DNA of 64,000 bases from Octopus vulgaris (Eukaryota): positions 86,676,001 through 86,740,000 of the forward strand of contig OX597821.1 in assembly GCA_951406725.2 (NCBI GenBank), in the 5' to 3' direction. The notes beneath the pieces are model-generated. The model did no database searches, was not told where the DNA came from, and saw nothing but the letters and a program-made list of their open reading frames with translations. Both the position numbers and the translations under genes were made by a program. Below, piece after piece: positions 13,901 to 28,193 of the stretch (its first letter is position 1; every line of letters begins with the position of its first letter).

Positions 13901-15348
13901 AAATACAAAAATGAACAAGGATTCACTTTTGGCTACTAAAAAAAAATCCAGTTAGCATTTTTTTTTTTTTTTTCCTATTAGAACTTGGTTGCTTGGTTCC
14001 AGCTAGAAATCAACAGCTGTCATACGTTAATTTTTCTTACTTTCTATTCTAAATTTCTTATATGTAAGGCTGATTATTTTTCAGAGAAGATATGGGTAAG
14101 TATATTAGCTTTAGGTATCAGCTTGTTCCATCATTACAGGTTTCTCTGAATGAATTTAGATATCAATCCAAGAATTAAGCTGATTAAACCAACAACTTTA
14201 TCTGTAACAGCAGTCTATTGTATTAGTTGTGTAACAGTTTATTAAACAAGTAGACATTCAACTTTCCTTCTTTGTAAAGGGATCTGGATTGACGTACAAT
14301 GTGAATTTGAATATTAGTGTAAAGGAGTTGGGTGCTGAAAGTATTACAAGAGAAATGATTGCCGTGATGTGGTTGATTTGATGTAAATACAAGTTTGGTG
14401 AAAAAGAAATTGCAAGGAAATTATGATCTGAGTAAAGTACTTAAGGTACAGGTTGTTCAAACATATATATATACTGGTGAATTATACAAGTTGTATTAAC
14501 TATTCAGAGCTTAGAATAAGGGTTTTGATCACAAACATGATAGATATGAACTATGGATCCCTTGGCTATTGTCAGTAGTCTCGACCCTCTACACAGACTG
14601 TTGGTATAGTGCCCCTCTTATTTTTGTTTAGGGTATTTAGTTTGAAATATCAGAAGCTTAATATATTTACCATCTATTCAATTACACACACATGCACACA
14701 CATATAATGTGAGGAGGTGGTGAGGTTGAGTTAGTTGGGTACTTAACAACCAGCTAAGATTATTTTGTCATGCTTGTAGCCAAGGTACATCACACTAAAT
14801 GGGTACCACAATTAGTGTGGGTCATCAAAGCAGACAGTGGCAGCACTATGAAATTAATGCTTTGTTGGTTTAAAATGCTGACATTATCTCTCGTCTTGGG
14901 GAAAAATATCTGCAGGAGACCAGTGTCTTATCTGGTTAGCTAATCCTTGCTGGTGGATGAGCTTGATGCATCCAATTAATGTCGTCTAAAGAATTGTAAA
15001 TTTGTTAAGTAAAGACTTCCAAAGTTGACCCTACAGATGCCTAGAGAAATGCTGAGCAGAATCTCTAATCAATGTTCAGGTTATATCATCATCATCATCA
15101 TCGTTTAACGTCAGCCTTCCATGCCGGCATGGGTGGGACAGTTTTATATGTGTGTGTGTATATATATATCATGTGCATGGTAGATGTATAGTCTGTGCCA
15201 ATTGCGTAAGCAGTATATGAAAGATTTTGTTATTGATGTACCATATTTGATGGCGTAAAAGATTCAAAAGCATATTAGATGCATCCCAATTTCAGCAACA
15301 TTTATTCAAGAGGAACAAATGTTTTTTGTGAATTACAGCTTGTAATAT

Positions 15349-15558
15349 TCTTTTCTACTCTAGATACAAGGCCCGAAATTTTGTGGGAAGGGAGCCAGTC
15401 GATTAGATCGACCCCATTACACAATTGGTACTTAATTTATCAACCCCAAAAGGATGAAAGGCAAAGTTGACCTCGACAGAATTTGAACTCAAAACAAAAC
15501 GACAGACGAAATACTAAGCATTTCGCTCGGCGTGCTAACATTTCTGCCAGCTTGCCAC
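15349..15558 (-). mobile_element. SINE family B, tail type 2
   Basis: Same head and core as 7345-7572, but the 3' end is ...AAAATTTCGGGCCTTGTATCTAGAGTAGAAAAGAA. Confidence 0.8.
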
Positions 15559-16012
15559 CTTAAAGCTTGTAATATTTAAAGCAACTTTGCATGTAAGACT
15601 CAAGGTGACTTTTTGAGACATTTTTTGGGGGAAAAGATATGTATCTTATATGCGATTTAATGCACAGTATATGTTGCAAGTGATTGTTTGCTATACAAAA
15701 GTACAGTGTCACAAACAATTTTTTTCTCATAACTGTTGTAAGTGTATTTTGTTAATGGGAAGAAAGTTGAGGAATAAAGGCTTGTCTCTTCCTAAAATAT
15801 ATTTAATTATTTTAAAATGTCTCTCTAATTTTGTGTACTACTGCTACAAATGCTGCTGTGGTGGTTACTATTGCTGTGCTTGTTGCTGCTGCTGCCGTTG
15901 CTGCTGCTGAGTCCTTTGTCCATTGTAAATAGAATGACAAAATATGTAATCACAAGACCTCTCTGCCCACCACTCCTCTGAGATAAAAATTGGCTGGGAA
16001 TGTTATCTACAT

Positions 16013-16311
16013 ACACACACTTGCCTAAGCACACACACACACACCTATAGACACACATATATTCACACTCTGCCATTCACACATGTACGCACAGAAAAAG
16101 GCATGTACACATTCATATACACTTGTACATACATACATCCATACATGCTTACATACATACACTCACACACACTTGCCTAAGCACACACACACACACCTAT
16201 AGACACACATATATTCACACTCTGCCATTCACACATGTACGCACAGAAGCAGGCATGTACACATTCATATACACTTGTACATTCATACATCCATACATGC
16301 TTACATACATA

Positions 16312-16312
<1 letters not shown>
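16013..16312. repeat. About 150-bp tandem duplication of a CA-rich unit
   Basis: acacacttgcctaagcacacac...ctgccattcacacatgtacgcacaga...catccatacatgcttacatacatac occurs twice. Confidence 0.85.
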
Positions 16313-16346
<34 letters not shown>

Positions 16347-16523
16347 ATGTACACTCCCTCAGTGCCAGCTCCAAAGGGAGATTCAATGTTATTTAAGGAC
16401 CCAATATAGGAGAAACTCCTACATATTTTTGTGTATATGTATCTGCATCTACAAAATTGTGTGTATGCACGGTGTGCTATTTATCAGCTCCTAATATCTG
16501 TTTTCTTACTGGCTAACTCCTTG

Positions 16524-16569
<46 letters not shown>

Positions 16570-17383
16570 CTGTCTGTCTATGTGTTCAGGGAAGCTAAAA
16601 CACACCCTCCTATATTAGTGTGTGATAAAGTGAAAATATTTCCTCTTCCTCTTCTGTAGCACCTCCTACCCCTCCCTCACACTTTCAGACACTGCCCACT
16701 CCTTCTACCCTCTCTGCTACCTCCTCTGTCCATTATACTCACTACCCCCACTAAGACATAACTGCCATTGCAGTCACTCATCCTACACCAGCCCCTCCTT
16801 AGGTTATTTTAGTGTTCAACTCTTGTGCTCCCCTTATCCATCTCACCCCCCACATTCTTACACACTTGTTCATGCATCTACATAGATAATCACACACATA
16901 CACACACACACACACAAGCATGCATTTTTTTTTGTTTTGTTTTGTTAAGTAACTGTGATTTGTAGTAGTTTAGTATGGTGTGTGAGACTGTTTCAGTCGT
17001 TAAGAATTTCCCTCTTGTTCTATTTGATAGCTTGACCATTTTAGAATGTTCTGGATAGAAAAACAAAATTATTTTCAGATTATATAAATACACACAGCCT
17101 CTACTGTGTTTATTCACTCTCGAAAGTGTCTAGTGATGGTGGGTGATGTTGGTTTTCAACACTAGGAGGTTGGTGGAGTGGATTTAAATGGTGACAGGAA
17201 CTAGAGAAACATGACTGTACTTTGGGTCAGTGAAAAAAAGGGTGCTTTTGTAAATGGCTCTACAGTAGTTGTGCCAGTGTGAATTTATATCACCATACAC
17301 CTGATGCATTGATATACATTCACTGTAGTCTAAAGGTTCACGGGGTGGAGGTTGGGTAAAGTAGATGTACTGTAAGGTCTCAA

Positions 17384-17664
17384 ATATATAGGAAACTACA
17401 ACCTGTGTCATCTCTTGTGAAAGGTAAGAGAGTCCAGTTTGCTGGACATTGTTGTTGAGCTGAAAAAGAGGTAATTTCTACTCTTCTCCTCTGGAAGCCA
17501 TCTACTCGCAATACCAGAGGGCGCACACTCTCCTACCCTGATGTAATCTCCAGGGATACAGGCGTCCAGCAACAGGACCTCCGTAATGCCATGATGGACC
17601 GTGAAGTCTGGCGTAGCATGGTAAATTCCATTGTCTCGACCATGGTCGAACAATGATAATGATG
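17384..17664 (+). mobile_element. 5'-truncated RTE LINE with 10-bp TSD
   Basis: Reads ...QFAGHCC*AEKEVISTLLLWKPSTRNTRGRTLSYPDVISRDTGVQQQDLRNAMMDREVWRSMVNSIVSTMVEQ* with a tgataatgatg tail; direct repeat aaggtctcaa at 17374-17383 and 17665-17674. Confidence 0.85.
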
Positions 17665-17884
17665 AAGGTCTCAAGGTCGAGCTGATGCACGATGGAAATG
17701 TTAAGAGATGCTGTTCTACAGACCTGTCCAACCCATGCTTCTATGCGCACATGTAGCACATACAAAGCATACCAATGCGATCAGGTAAAGCTTAATCAAC
17801 AATCAAGTAAAATAGTACCTGGACTTTTACATTCACAAGACATCTCAAACTCAGTTTAAATGTAACTTCCCAAAAGGGTAAGGA

Positions 17885-18126
17885 CCCCCTTCAGCCATGA
17901 ATGTCCAAGGGATTGCACCAAGAAAGTTCCCCTCCAAGGCACAAGTCCAGGCAGGGTTGTTTATGGAAGACTAACAGTCACCTATGCTTACCAGCCTCCC
18001 CTCTCCACACAACCAATGTTATCCAAGGGAAAGGCAAAGGCCAATACAGCTTGGCACCAGGGATGTTGCAGTGAATCAAACTCACTACCTTGTGATTGTG
18101 AGCCCAGTGCTCTAACCACTGTACCA
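17885..18126 (-). mobile_element. SINE with tRNA-like head and RTE/BovB-5'UTR-like body
   Basis: gcacaagtccaggcagggttgtttatggaagac...cagcttggcaccag resembles RTE/BovB 5' UTR sequence (from recall); a tRNA-like head lies at 18070-18126 on the minus strand. Confidence 0.5.
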
Positions 18127-18317
18127 CAAAATAATGAACTATTGAGAAACTTTTTTATGATTGTTTGACCTGCAAGAAATTGCAGCAAATCTTCCTCAAA
18201 TACTACTTCAGTATCTTTAAAATAAATATTCAGATTAAACTAATATTCAATATGTCAGCGAAGAAGAAAGATGGTGATAGCTAAAATACTGATTAAACAG
18301 TAAATCCTAGAAACATA

Positions 18318-18531
18318 TTTCTTTACTACCCACAAGGGGCTAAACATAGAGGGGACAAACAAATGGATTAAGTCGATTACATCGACTCCAGTGCGTAACT
18401 GGTACTTAATTTATCGACCCCGAAAGGATGAAAGGCAAAGTCGACCTCGGCGGAATTTGAACACAGAATGTAATGACAGATGAAAATACGGCTACGCATT
18501 TCACCCGGTGTGCTAACGTTTCTGCCAGCTA
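18318..18531 (-). mobile_element. SINE family B, tail type 1
   Basis: Near-complete copy matching 7345-7572 and 29299-29522. Confidence 0.85.
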
Positions 18532-18717
18532 AGCACCTCTATCAGCATACATAAACACTATAGGCTAAAAGTAGAAGTTACAAATCTGTTGGAAGTTGAC
18601 CCTAAAATACCAACAAAAATGAGTGTCTTCAAAATAAAGTTTAGAGATAATCCAGAAAATGCACTTTACGGGATAATAACACTAACAACAATAACAAAAG
18701 GGATAAACTTATCTCTC

Positions 18718-18920
18718 ATCATCATCATCATCATCATCGTTTAACGTCCGTTCTCCATGCTAGCATGGGTTGGACGGTTCGACCGGGGATCTGGAAAGCC
18801 AGAAGGCTGCACCAGGCTCCAGTCTTATCTGGCAGTGTTTCTACAGCTGGATGCCCTTCCTAACGCCAACCACTCCGTGAGTGTAGTGGGTGCTTTTTAC
18901 GTGCCACCTGCACAGGTGCC
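18718..18920 (-). mobile_element. Family C RTE 3' end
   Basis: (CAT)n cgtttaacgtccgttctccatgctagcatgggttggacgg...gtgccacctgcacaggtgcc. Confidence 0.85.
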
Positions 18921-19838
18921 ATTCTCGTCATTCACAATATCACATGTCCACAAACAATGCATCTAAAATATATTTAACATGCACAAAGTTATACAGAACA
19001 CAACAAAAAAGTTTTCAAGCGTCTATGATACCAATAGCCTTAGAAACTAATTTATGCAACTAAAAGATTTTATTATCTTTCACAACATTCATATAGCTAT
19101 AATCCAAGAACTAATCTTTGTACTCAAATGCTATCAGACTTAAGTTCAGTGTACAGATATAACAACTGACTTTTATGAACAAAATATGCAACAACACTAC
19201 AGTTAAAATGCAAACTTTGAAACTAAAATCTAGCCGTACAAAGCTCACTAATGTAATAAACATACCACTACCATCCTCACCAGCCATCACCAAACTTCAC
19301 CCACAGACATTCTAGCAAATACTATCCGTTGGAGAGAGTTCAGTGTACACAACACCTGGTTTTCAAATATTATTGATCACAAGAGATTTTGTATCATCAC
19401 AACTAGACTCTCTTTATATCCTAAACAATTCACACCAACACATACACACACATACCGCATGAAGTCAACTACAACTCTTCTGTTGGCATAAACTTTTTGT
19501 TCTGCCAACCAAACTACCAAAACCTCATGGCAAAAACTTCCCCAACTTTCATTGCAACACTTACCAATTATCATTACTACAAATATTTCAATGAAAAAAA
19601 AATAAACACTTTTACAGACTTCATATATATGATTACTAAAGACCAATTACATTGTGCAAAAGCAATCTAAAAAATAAAAACACAGATTTAACTATTGAAT
19701 TAAAATTTTATAGCAATTGTGTCCATTATTGCATTTGAAACTAACTAGTGCAACTGGGGTGGTAGACACCCACTTTTAAAGAAACATCAACTGATTTCTT
19801 ATGAGGATAGCCAAAGCACACTCTTTTAAGTTTTCGTT

Positions 19839-20031
19839 TGGCACCTGTGCCGGTGGCACATAAAAACCACCCACTACACTCTCGGAGTAGTTGGCGTTAG
19901 GAAGGGCATCCAGCTGTAGAAACACTGCCAGATCAGACTGGGCCTGGCGCAGCCTCCTGGCTTCCCAGACCCCAGTTGAACCGTCCAACCCATGGAAAAC
20001 GGACGTTAAACAATTGTGATGATGATGATGA
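19839..20031 (+). mobile_element. Family C RTE 3' end
   Basis: Reverse complement of the 18718 copy, ending ggacgttaaac...gatgatgatg. Confidence 0.85.
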
Positions 20032-20329
20032 CATTTATGCATGTCTTCCAGGCTGTACCTAATTTGTTGTAAATTAACAAAATGAAACATGATTTTATCT
20101 CTGGAATCACCAATAATAATATCCAATAAAAAATAATAATACTTTGTACTATTGGCACAAGGCCTGTAAATTGAAAGAAGGGGGGTTGTTAATTACAGTA
20201 CTTCACTGGTACTTATTTTATTAACCCTGAGGGCATTTAAACCCAAAATGTAAGGGTCCAGAAGAAGTACTGCTAAGCATTGTGTCCAATGTGCTAAGAA
20301 TTCTGCTTAATTATGATGATAATATTAAA

Positions 20330-20525
20330 GTGATGAGCTGGCAGAATCGTTAGCACACTAGACGAAATGCTTAGCAGTATTTCACCTGTTGCTACGTTCT
20401 GAGTTCTAATTCTACCGAGGTTAACTTTACCTTTCATCCTTTCGGGGGTCAATAAAATAAGTCAGTGTAATTGACTGATCCCCTCTCTCAAAATTGCTGC
20501 CCTTGTGGCAAAATTTGAAACCATT
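20330..20525 (+). mobile_element. SINE family B (diverged)
   Basis: gagctggcagaatcgttagcac...ctttcatcctttcgggggtcaataaaataag. Confidence 0.75.
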
Positions 20526-21767
20526 ATTGTTGTTATTATTATTATTATAAGCAGCTTAATTGCTGCCATACAAGATTTTTGGAGGGAATTGACAGTTGTT
20601 ATTACCAGAACACAAGTGTTTTTAATAGACAGGACACAGTTAATAATAACTTTTAACTCTTCCTATTGCTGGTAATATCTGTGGTGCCAGACAGAGTAAT
20701 TATTAGATTTATGTAACAGTTAGTGTTCCAAGTGGTCAGGTTAGAAGTGGATGGAGCAGGTAGATGTGTGACAGGGTGAGTGTTGGTGCCATAGGCTATA
20801 TTTAATACTTGCTAATGTCTGATGAAACAATAGTTCCAGTTTTCTCTGTGTGGGGGAGGACAAAGTTTATATTTCTTTTTCTTTCTTTACACTTTTTCGT
20901 TTTTCTTTGTTTTATTTTATTTTAAAATTGTTTTATTTTTTTATTTCATGTTTTTGTTATCCTTTCCTTTGTTTGTCTTTTTTTTATTTTACTTTCTTGT
21001 TTTATTTTCACTTTGTTGGAGTTCATTTTATTTCCACTAAAGAATTATTGTGCTCTGTTGGGGCATATCACCCCAGTGAGTAATTTTACTCCCTTACATA
21101 ACAAATAATTATTGAGAAAAGCATGACTATTACAAAAACCCACTTGGATCCTTCTCATAAGTGTGTGAACATTTTGGTTAGATCTACCATTCTACTGAGA
21201 ATTTACAACCAATCTGTTATAATTGGTACCAAGAGAACAGTCTGTAAATTCAGTTATTTTATTGCTTTTTAGTACTGGAAAATGGGTCATTGGATTAACA
21301 GCTGTTCTATTGTGGATGGCGCTAAAAGTAAGATAACTGAAACCAGAAACAAGCTATCTCATATGAAATTACTCCATCAGGGATGTAGATGTCACACTCA
21401 GATTATCTCAGAAAAGCTTCTAAATTAGACTTTCTAGGTCTGTTTTATCCGTAAACTTAACACATGAAGATGCATTCCTGTACAGACATTTTATGCCACA
21501 TCTGAAAATGCCCTTCTTATTCACTGGTAATGAATTACTGACATACTACATCCAACAGATACATGGATTCAGTTTCTTCTATCACATATACAGTCTCTTT
21601 TACTGGTATTACAATGGCTTCTGCTCAACTGAATTAGCAACCAGTATACATTCTTTTACTCAAGTCCACCTAATACACATGCCTCTCTTCTCTCCTCATT
21701 GTCTTTGCTGGTCCACTTCTGGTTTTGTTATTCTCTTCTGTGCCTCACACATTGAACCATACATTAA

Positions 21768-21988
21768 CCCTTTCGTTACCAACCCGGCTGAAACCGGCTC
21801 TGGCTCTTTAGTACAAATGTCTGGTTTTCAAAAGTTCTGAATTAAAATCCTCTGCCAAACCTTAGTTACAATTTATGTCCCTAACACTAGCTTCATGATA
21901 ACGATGTTATTTTACTTAATTCTTTGTTATAATTTAAATAATTGGAAGAAAGACAGAGCATCTCAAAATAAATACCGTAACGAAAGGG
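21768..21988. mobile_element. piggyBac-type MITE
   Basis: TTAA|CCCTTTCGTTAC ... GTAACGAAAGGG|TTAA; a second copy lies at 31498-31707. Confidence 0.9.
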
Positions 21989-22329
21989 TTAAACATTTGA
22001 CTCAATCCATCCTATCCAGAAATGTCTTCTTCTGGGATTCCCTTCCTTATTCCTAGTAGTTTTTCAAGCAGGAATCATCTTGAGAAGTTTCAACTAACCA
22101 TCATCTATGCTATACATAGGTTATAGATGCTAGTTCTTCTTTGATTAAATAAATGCTTCTAAATTAGGTATAAAGCCAGAAATTTGGTGAGGTGGAGAGG
22201 GTAATCAATTAACTTGATCCCTGAACTTACCGGGTATTTATTTTATCAACCTCAGAAGAATAAAAGGCAAAGTTGACCTTGGCAGGGTTTAAGCTCATAA
22301 AATAAAGAGCCTGAACAAATTGTGCAAAG

Positions 22330-22362
<33 letters not shown>

Positions 22363-25300
22363 AATGCTTTAACATTTCTGCTAATCCACCACCCTTTCTT
22401 GGGCCAGATAATAGTAATAATAAGTGGAAATATATTGAAGTGGAATTTGGCATTGAGTCATACGTAAACTAACATCCACTCCAACCAAAAAGAAGTTATC
22501 CTCTTGATTATTTCTATTGTTAAATGATAAAATTGATAATTAGATGTGTCCACCAATGATTGATCTGTCCTTTTGGCTCTTAAATGTAGCGAGTAGGATC
22601 CAGCATGTTGTCAAGACATGTTGAGTTAACAATGCTGCTGTATAGAATGCTGAGTTGTTTCCACTTTGTGGTATTTATTTCTGGTTGGACAGACTAGATT
22701 AATTTGGGGTTAAGTGTGTCTTGACCACAAGATTAACCCACTGCCTCTGCTGAAATTCCACCTCTTTCACTAATAATCAGTGACTTGCCCAGTTGGCTCA
22801 GCTATCCACACCATCATTGTAACTACTACAAACACTAAAAACCACCCTGTGCCAAGGAGGAAGCCCCTGTGGTCACTCAAATCATACTTCATTGACACTT
22901 ATAACAAGGAATGATACATTGGATAGTGTCATCATAAGTATACTGTGTTGGAATAGAAGATGAGGTAGCTACTACTGGAATATTTTGGTCCACAAGTCTG
23001 CTTGGCTAGGGTTTTCCCAGGGCTAAACAACAAAACTAACTGCTATATTACACTTTAGTACACAATACTTGTTTCCACTTTCCAATAAACTCCTTGTTAT
23101 CTAGTACTCAGATAACTGGAACTTTCAAGCAACTCAGAAAAAAAAATGAAAAGAAAGTGTTGTTAATTAGAGCCTAGAGAATTTATGTTAATTAATTAAT
23201 TGTCAGTAGTAGAAAGCAAGTTTCAACTGTAACTAAAATGGCCTGTTGCTTTTCAAAGCACAGAAAAGTAGTTTATTAGGTTATTAAAACCTTTCTTTGC
23301 TTAAACTAGACTTTATTTTCTCCTGTTTCTCTCATTTCTATTATATTCAGAATATTAATGATAATATTATGTGTCTGTAAAGTTTTAATGAGATTTGGAG
23401 GTGTTATGGTAACTTAAAAGTGATGATCAGATACCCAGTAAATGCAGTTATCCAGCAACCCTCCAGTCCTAGTGATGCTGGATGGCAGGGTGTTTACTGT
23501 ACCATGTTTTTTTGCCATTGTACTACACCACAGTATATCACACTATATTGCACTTCTGCACTATCACAGTACCATTGTAAAAGTACTGAAATATATTAAG
23601 GCTACAATATACTCATTTACTATCCACCACCACCACCCTATTCTATAAAACTTTTTACTATAACTACCACTTGTGGTAGCTTGGACCTACAACACTTGAG
23701 TTGCATCACTAATGTTGGTCAAACCAACCTAAGCGTGCCTATGTAGTAACTTGACCTGGTAAAAATAACAGCCCTATCTCCCTCAAACCACCTTCTACCT
23801 TCTTAAGAAAGAAACACAGTGGACAATAATCTAGGATACACTCTGGCTGAAAAAAATATGGAATGGTCATGGTTGGAATGCCATTGATCATTGGTCTGCT
23901 TCATTAAGGATGATCTGGAATTAAATATCTGGGGAAAAAATGCTAATGAGTGGGTGGTCAAAAATTTTTCAAAGTCAAAATATTTTTTCTTTACTGAATA
24001 CATCATTTATCCATTGAGTAATCTTGTGTGTGTGTGTGTGTGTTTCTGTGTGGGAGAAGGGGTAACTTAAAGTCAGTGCCAAAGAATGTGTGTGTGTGAA
24101 TAGTCCTTTAGGTCTTCCTTCCTCTATCTTCACTGTAATACACTCCCCTGCTGTCTCCATGGAAGATAAATTTGGTATTTACCCTTCCTAGTAGTTGATG
24201 TACAACATACTACACATGAATACCACCTCACTCTATAAACACCAGATTCACTTCTCTTACTCTATGCATTGTAACCATTTGCTGTAGTTTGCCGGTTATT
24301 GACATGAGTCACAGCACAAATGACAGTTGTGAGAAGAGGTGGAGGATACAGATATATATTCTGTGGCTACCACTTCCTTACTAATCTTTTTTATCATGCA
24401 TAATTTCCTCTGTGTTCAGAGACTAAGACACTTGTTAAATTTGAGAATATTTCCTTGACTTAGTGGATCATATTCTGTTGATGTCTGTAGCTCTTAAAAA
24501 CAAACAACCCAATGGTGGTACAAGGCAAAGCAGTAATTATATATACGTTTGAAAGTGGAAAAACATCATTGAAGATTAAATTTTAAAATACTAATTTAAA
24601 TTTTTTTTTTTTAAGGGGATTACTCCTCCTCTATAAAACACTATTACTAACCGTCTTGGTGACTGTCATAAGGGTAGCCTTAGCAGAACACCTTTGATCA
24701 TAAATCTGCTCAGTTAGGATTGATTTGGGATTAAACAACTCAATTTCACTATCAAAGTTTGGATTGACTTGAGACTATGGTAGATGACGTTTGTCTAAGG
24801 TGTCATGTAGTGGTATCAAACCCAGAACTGGGTGAATAAAATGTGAATGTCTTAAATGTGCTATATCCTTCAATCTGAAAAACTTCTGTAACCCTTAATG
24901 AGTTATTGGGTGATCGCTTTTAGCCTTGTCTTCATGCAGTATGTCCCAGGGTAGGCAAAGAGAAGTGATGTGATTTGAGCCCACCCCTCCTAGATTTCAT
25001 CATAATCATCTACATCATCATTTAATGTCTGTGTTCCATGCATGGCTTGGACTGCATGATTTTACAGAACTATGTTGCAGAACTACATCACACCTCAATA
25101 TCAACTTTGGCAAGGTTTCTACAGAGGGATGCTCTTCCTAATGCTAACTGTTTTACAGTGTGTACTAGAAGCTTTTTCCATGACACCAGCCTTGGAAACT
25201 GCTAGAGAAGTGATATGAAATGGTTTAGTGCAGATCTAAATTTTAGGCTGATAGAACACCCATAACATACTTCAGTCAAAGAGAATGAAAAATACTGTGG

Positions 25301-26217
25301 ACATTGCACTCCTTGTTTGAACTCATAGACAAATTCTTTCAACAGTTCCAACACCAAATTTTCAATATTTACTGACTGACAATTAGAACATAGGATCAAT
25401 AAGCATTTGTCATTAGTTAAGATATTCCATTCATACATTATATACCAATGTATAGAGATATTTGATTGTTTAGGAAGATAATTGAACACTATGGAAGTTT
25501 TAGTCTTGTTAGAAATATGATTGCAAAAAATATAAAATATGATAAAAAGGGAAGAAATATTGTGGATTGATCTGGTCAGTTTTATATCATAGTGCACAAA
25601 AGTATATATATGCATAGATCGGTAGCCACTACGCACATTTTTTTTCTGTCCTTGTTTCTTTCTGTGGAAGAGTGTAGGCTCGAAACGTAAAAGACTTTTT
25701 CAATTCCTGAGTGTTATACTAATACATCTGTTTGTTTTCTACACCACCTGTCTTCGTCTTTTGTTTTTTTCGTGAATTCTCCCTGTATATATATAGATGC
25801 ACTTTATTTGTGGATTAACAATGCTACCGGTGGTTTCATGTATAACAAAAATTCACGATTGTTTAAGCATTATAATTCAGGTTGATAGCGATTGCATCCA
25901 TTCTAGGCAGAACTGTCCACAAGTAGTGCATTGTTGAGCACTCATTCTCCTTACTGCTTGATATTATCATGTGTGTGTGTGTGTGTGTGTAACCAAAAGG
26001 TATATATATATATTAATGTTCAGTTATAATGATCAGTTGTAACAAAAACAATTTTACGTTAATCTGGATGGGTTACTCTATACATTTGCAGACTTCAAAT
26101 TTATATTCTTAAACAAAAATATCAACAGTGGTTTCAAAGTTTCAGCCAGCTAAGCCATTGTCAAATTCAGCCACACACACACACACACATGTGTGTATAT
26201 ATATATATATATCAACA

Positions 26218-26391
26218 TCTGTCGTTACATTCTGAGTTCAAATTCCGCCGAGGCCGACTTTGCCTTTCATCCTTTCGGGGGTCGATAAATAAAGTACCAG
26301 TTACGCACTGGGGTCAATGTAAACGACTTAATCCCTTTGTCTATCTTTGTTTGTCCCCTCTATGCTTAGCCCCTTGTGGGCAATAAAGAAA
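26218..26391 (+). mobile_element. SINE family B, tail type 1, 5'-truncated
   Basis: ttctgagttcaaattccgccgagg...cccttgtgggcaataaagaaa. Confidence 0.85.
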
Positions 26392-27858
26392 TATATATAT
26401 ATCATTGTCATCATTGAAGTGTTTTACTGCTGAATCCTTCTCAGCTGGCTCCTTTGCTTTTTTTAGTCACCTTAATGATACACATTGATGCAATATACCT
26501 ATTAACAAAAAAAAAAGAGATTCACATATATACATAATTTTTGGGGGTAGGGCCAAAGACTTCCTTAAACAACATGCTAGCTACAAGCCACAGGTTGGAA
26601 CCATTTACTTCTCCCACGCTGTGTCTTTCTTTTTGACTGCCCCTCTATACCTACCTATCTCTCCATTTGCTGCCATGCTTAAGCACACTCACTCTCCTCT
26701 ACCTCTCTCCTATCTATTAGTACTATAGTGTCTCACCAGATTTTCTACAGCAAATTGACTATGTTGCTCAGCTGTGTATAAAATAGGCCTACTTCCTCTC
26801 TCTCTCTCTCTCTTTCTCTCCACCACCACCAACACTACTAATAGCACCACCAATCAGCCAGTTATCATGGCCATGACAGCTTTATAAGACTAACACTGTT
26901 GTCATAAGAGTGACTAAAGTTACCAAAAACAGCCTCAAACTATCCCAACTATTTGCTGTATGCCTGACCTCTACTGCTGCTACTATTACTACTACTACTA
27001 CTACCAATGCCACTTAATTAAACCACCCACTTCCTTTTTATTACATTCCAATCTCTATCTGTCTGTCTGTCTATCTCTCTATACATCTCTCTCTCTCTCT
27101 TTCTCTCTAGCCATGGCTGTGGGCACCTCAGTAATTTGTCTAGTACTTATTGTATTAACCTCTTAATGCACAGAGGAATAGTCAACTAGTGTGTAAAGCG
27201 ATATAGCCAAATACAAGCTGTTATTGCTCAGCACACCTATTTTGACAGCCCTTAAACACATCATTGATCCCCCTTATCCGCCATTCACTACATCCACCTC
27301 TCCGAGTGGGGGACCCTACCCAGTCTTTACAGCTGTCAGTACTGTTCCCTAATTTCCCTACTTATTATCCCCTATTCTTCATGCATTATACTCACTACCT
27401 CAACCATTCCCAATTTCTCACTCTCCTATACAGGTCTTACAACATCCACTCACCCACACCCCCAGTTCTTCTGCCACCCATCCCTACTCATTTCTTATAA
27501 CTTGAGGGTCCACACAGAGACCCCATCGTTATTTTTATCTCTTTCTTGCACTACTATCACTTTTAAAATGTGAGTAGCCATGTGGCCCCTCTATAAGCAA
27601 GAAACCTGTTCTAGTTAGTCCCTTTTCTCATACTTTAGCCCTCTCTTCTCCTAGCATAAAGCCCCCTTTCTTGGGGTTTGTAGTTTTTCAGACTGTGTTA
27701 CAACTTCAGTAGCACCCAGTACATGCTATAAGACAGTTGGTATTAAGAAGGGCTCCAGCCATAGATGCCATGCCAAAGTAAACAGTGCAGCATGATGCAG
27801 TCTTCAGACCCACTGGATTCTTTTGAACCATGTGTGTGTGTATGTATATATGTATATA

Positions 27859-28110
27859 TTGGCGCAACGCAATCACCACAGGAGCAAAGACAGCCGAGGA
27901 GAGCCGGATTCAGTCAGCAGAACAGAAACGCCAGATGCAGAAAGCCAGAGTCACCTGCACCAATAGCACAGTCCCTACCCACTTCTGCCCCACCTGTGGG
28001 AGGGGCTTTCTTGCCCAGATTGGCCTCATCAGCCACCTCTGGTCTCATAGCAGCAATTCCACCAAATGATGTCAATGGTCATCTTCGAACCTGAAAGACG
28101 AACATTATTA
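27859..28110 (+). mobile_element. RTE LINE 3' fragment with C-terminal C2H2 finger
   Basis: WRNAITTGAKTAEESRIQSAEQKRQMQKAR...CPTCGRGFLAQIGLISHLWSH followed by a short 3' UTR and an (att)n tail. Confidence 0.8.
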
Positions 28111-28156
28111 TATATGTGTGTATATGTACATACACACACTCTCATACACACACACA

Positions 28157-28193
<37 letters not shown>

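Noticed and set aside
14790-15050. Possible Gypsy RT remnant
   Set aside because: Only a vague resemblance to a W..P.V.V.K.D motif with no supporting downstream motifs.
27830-28069. Host C2H2 zinc-finger gene exon (also 35403-35684 and 50903-51277)
   Set aside because: Single or degenerate fingers without TGEKP linkers or splice sites, followed by LINE-type tails (the first two also preceded by RTE 'WR' motifs); these are LINE ORF2 C-termini.
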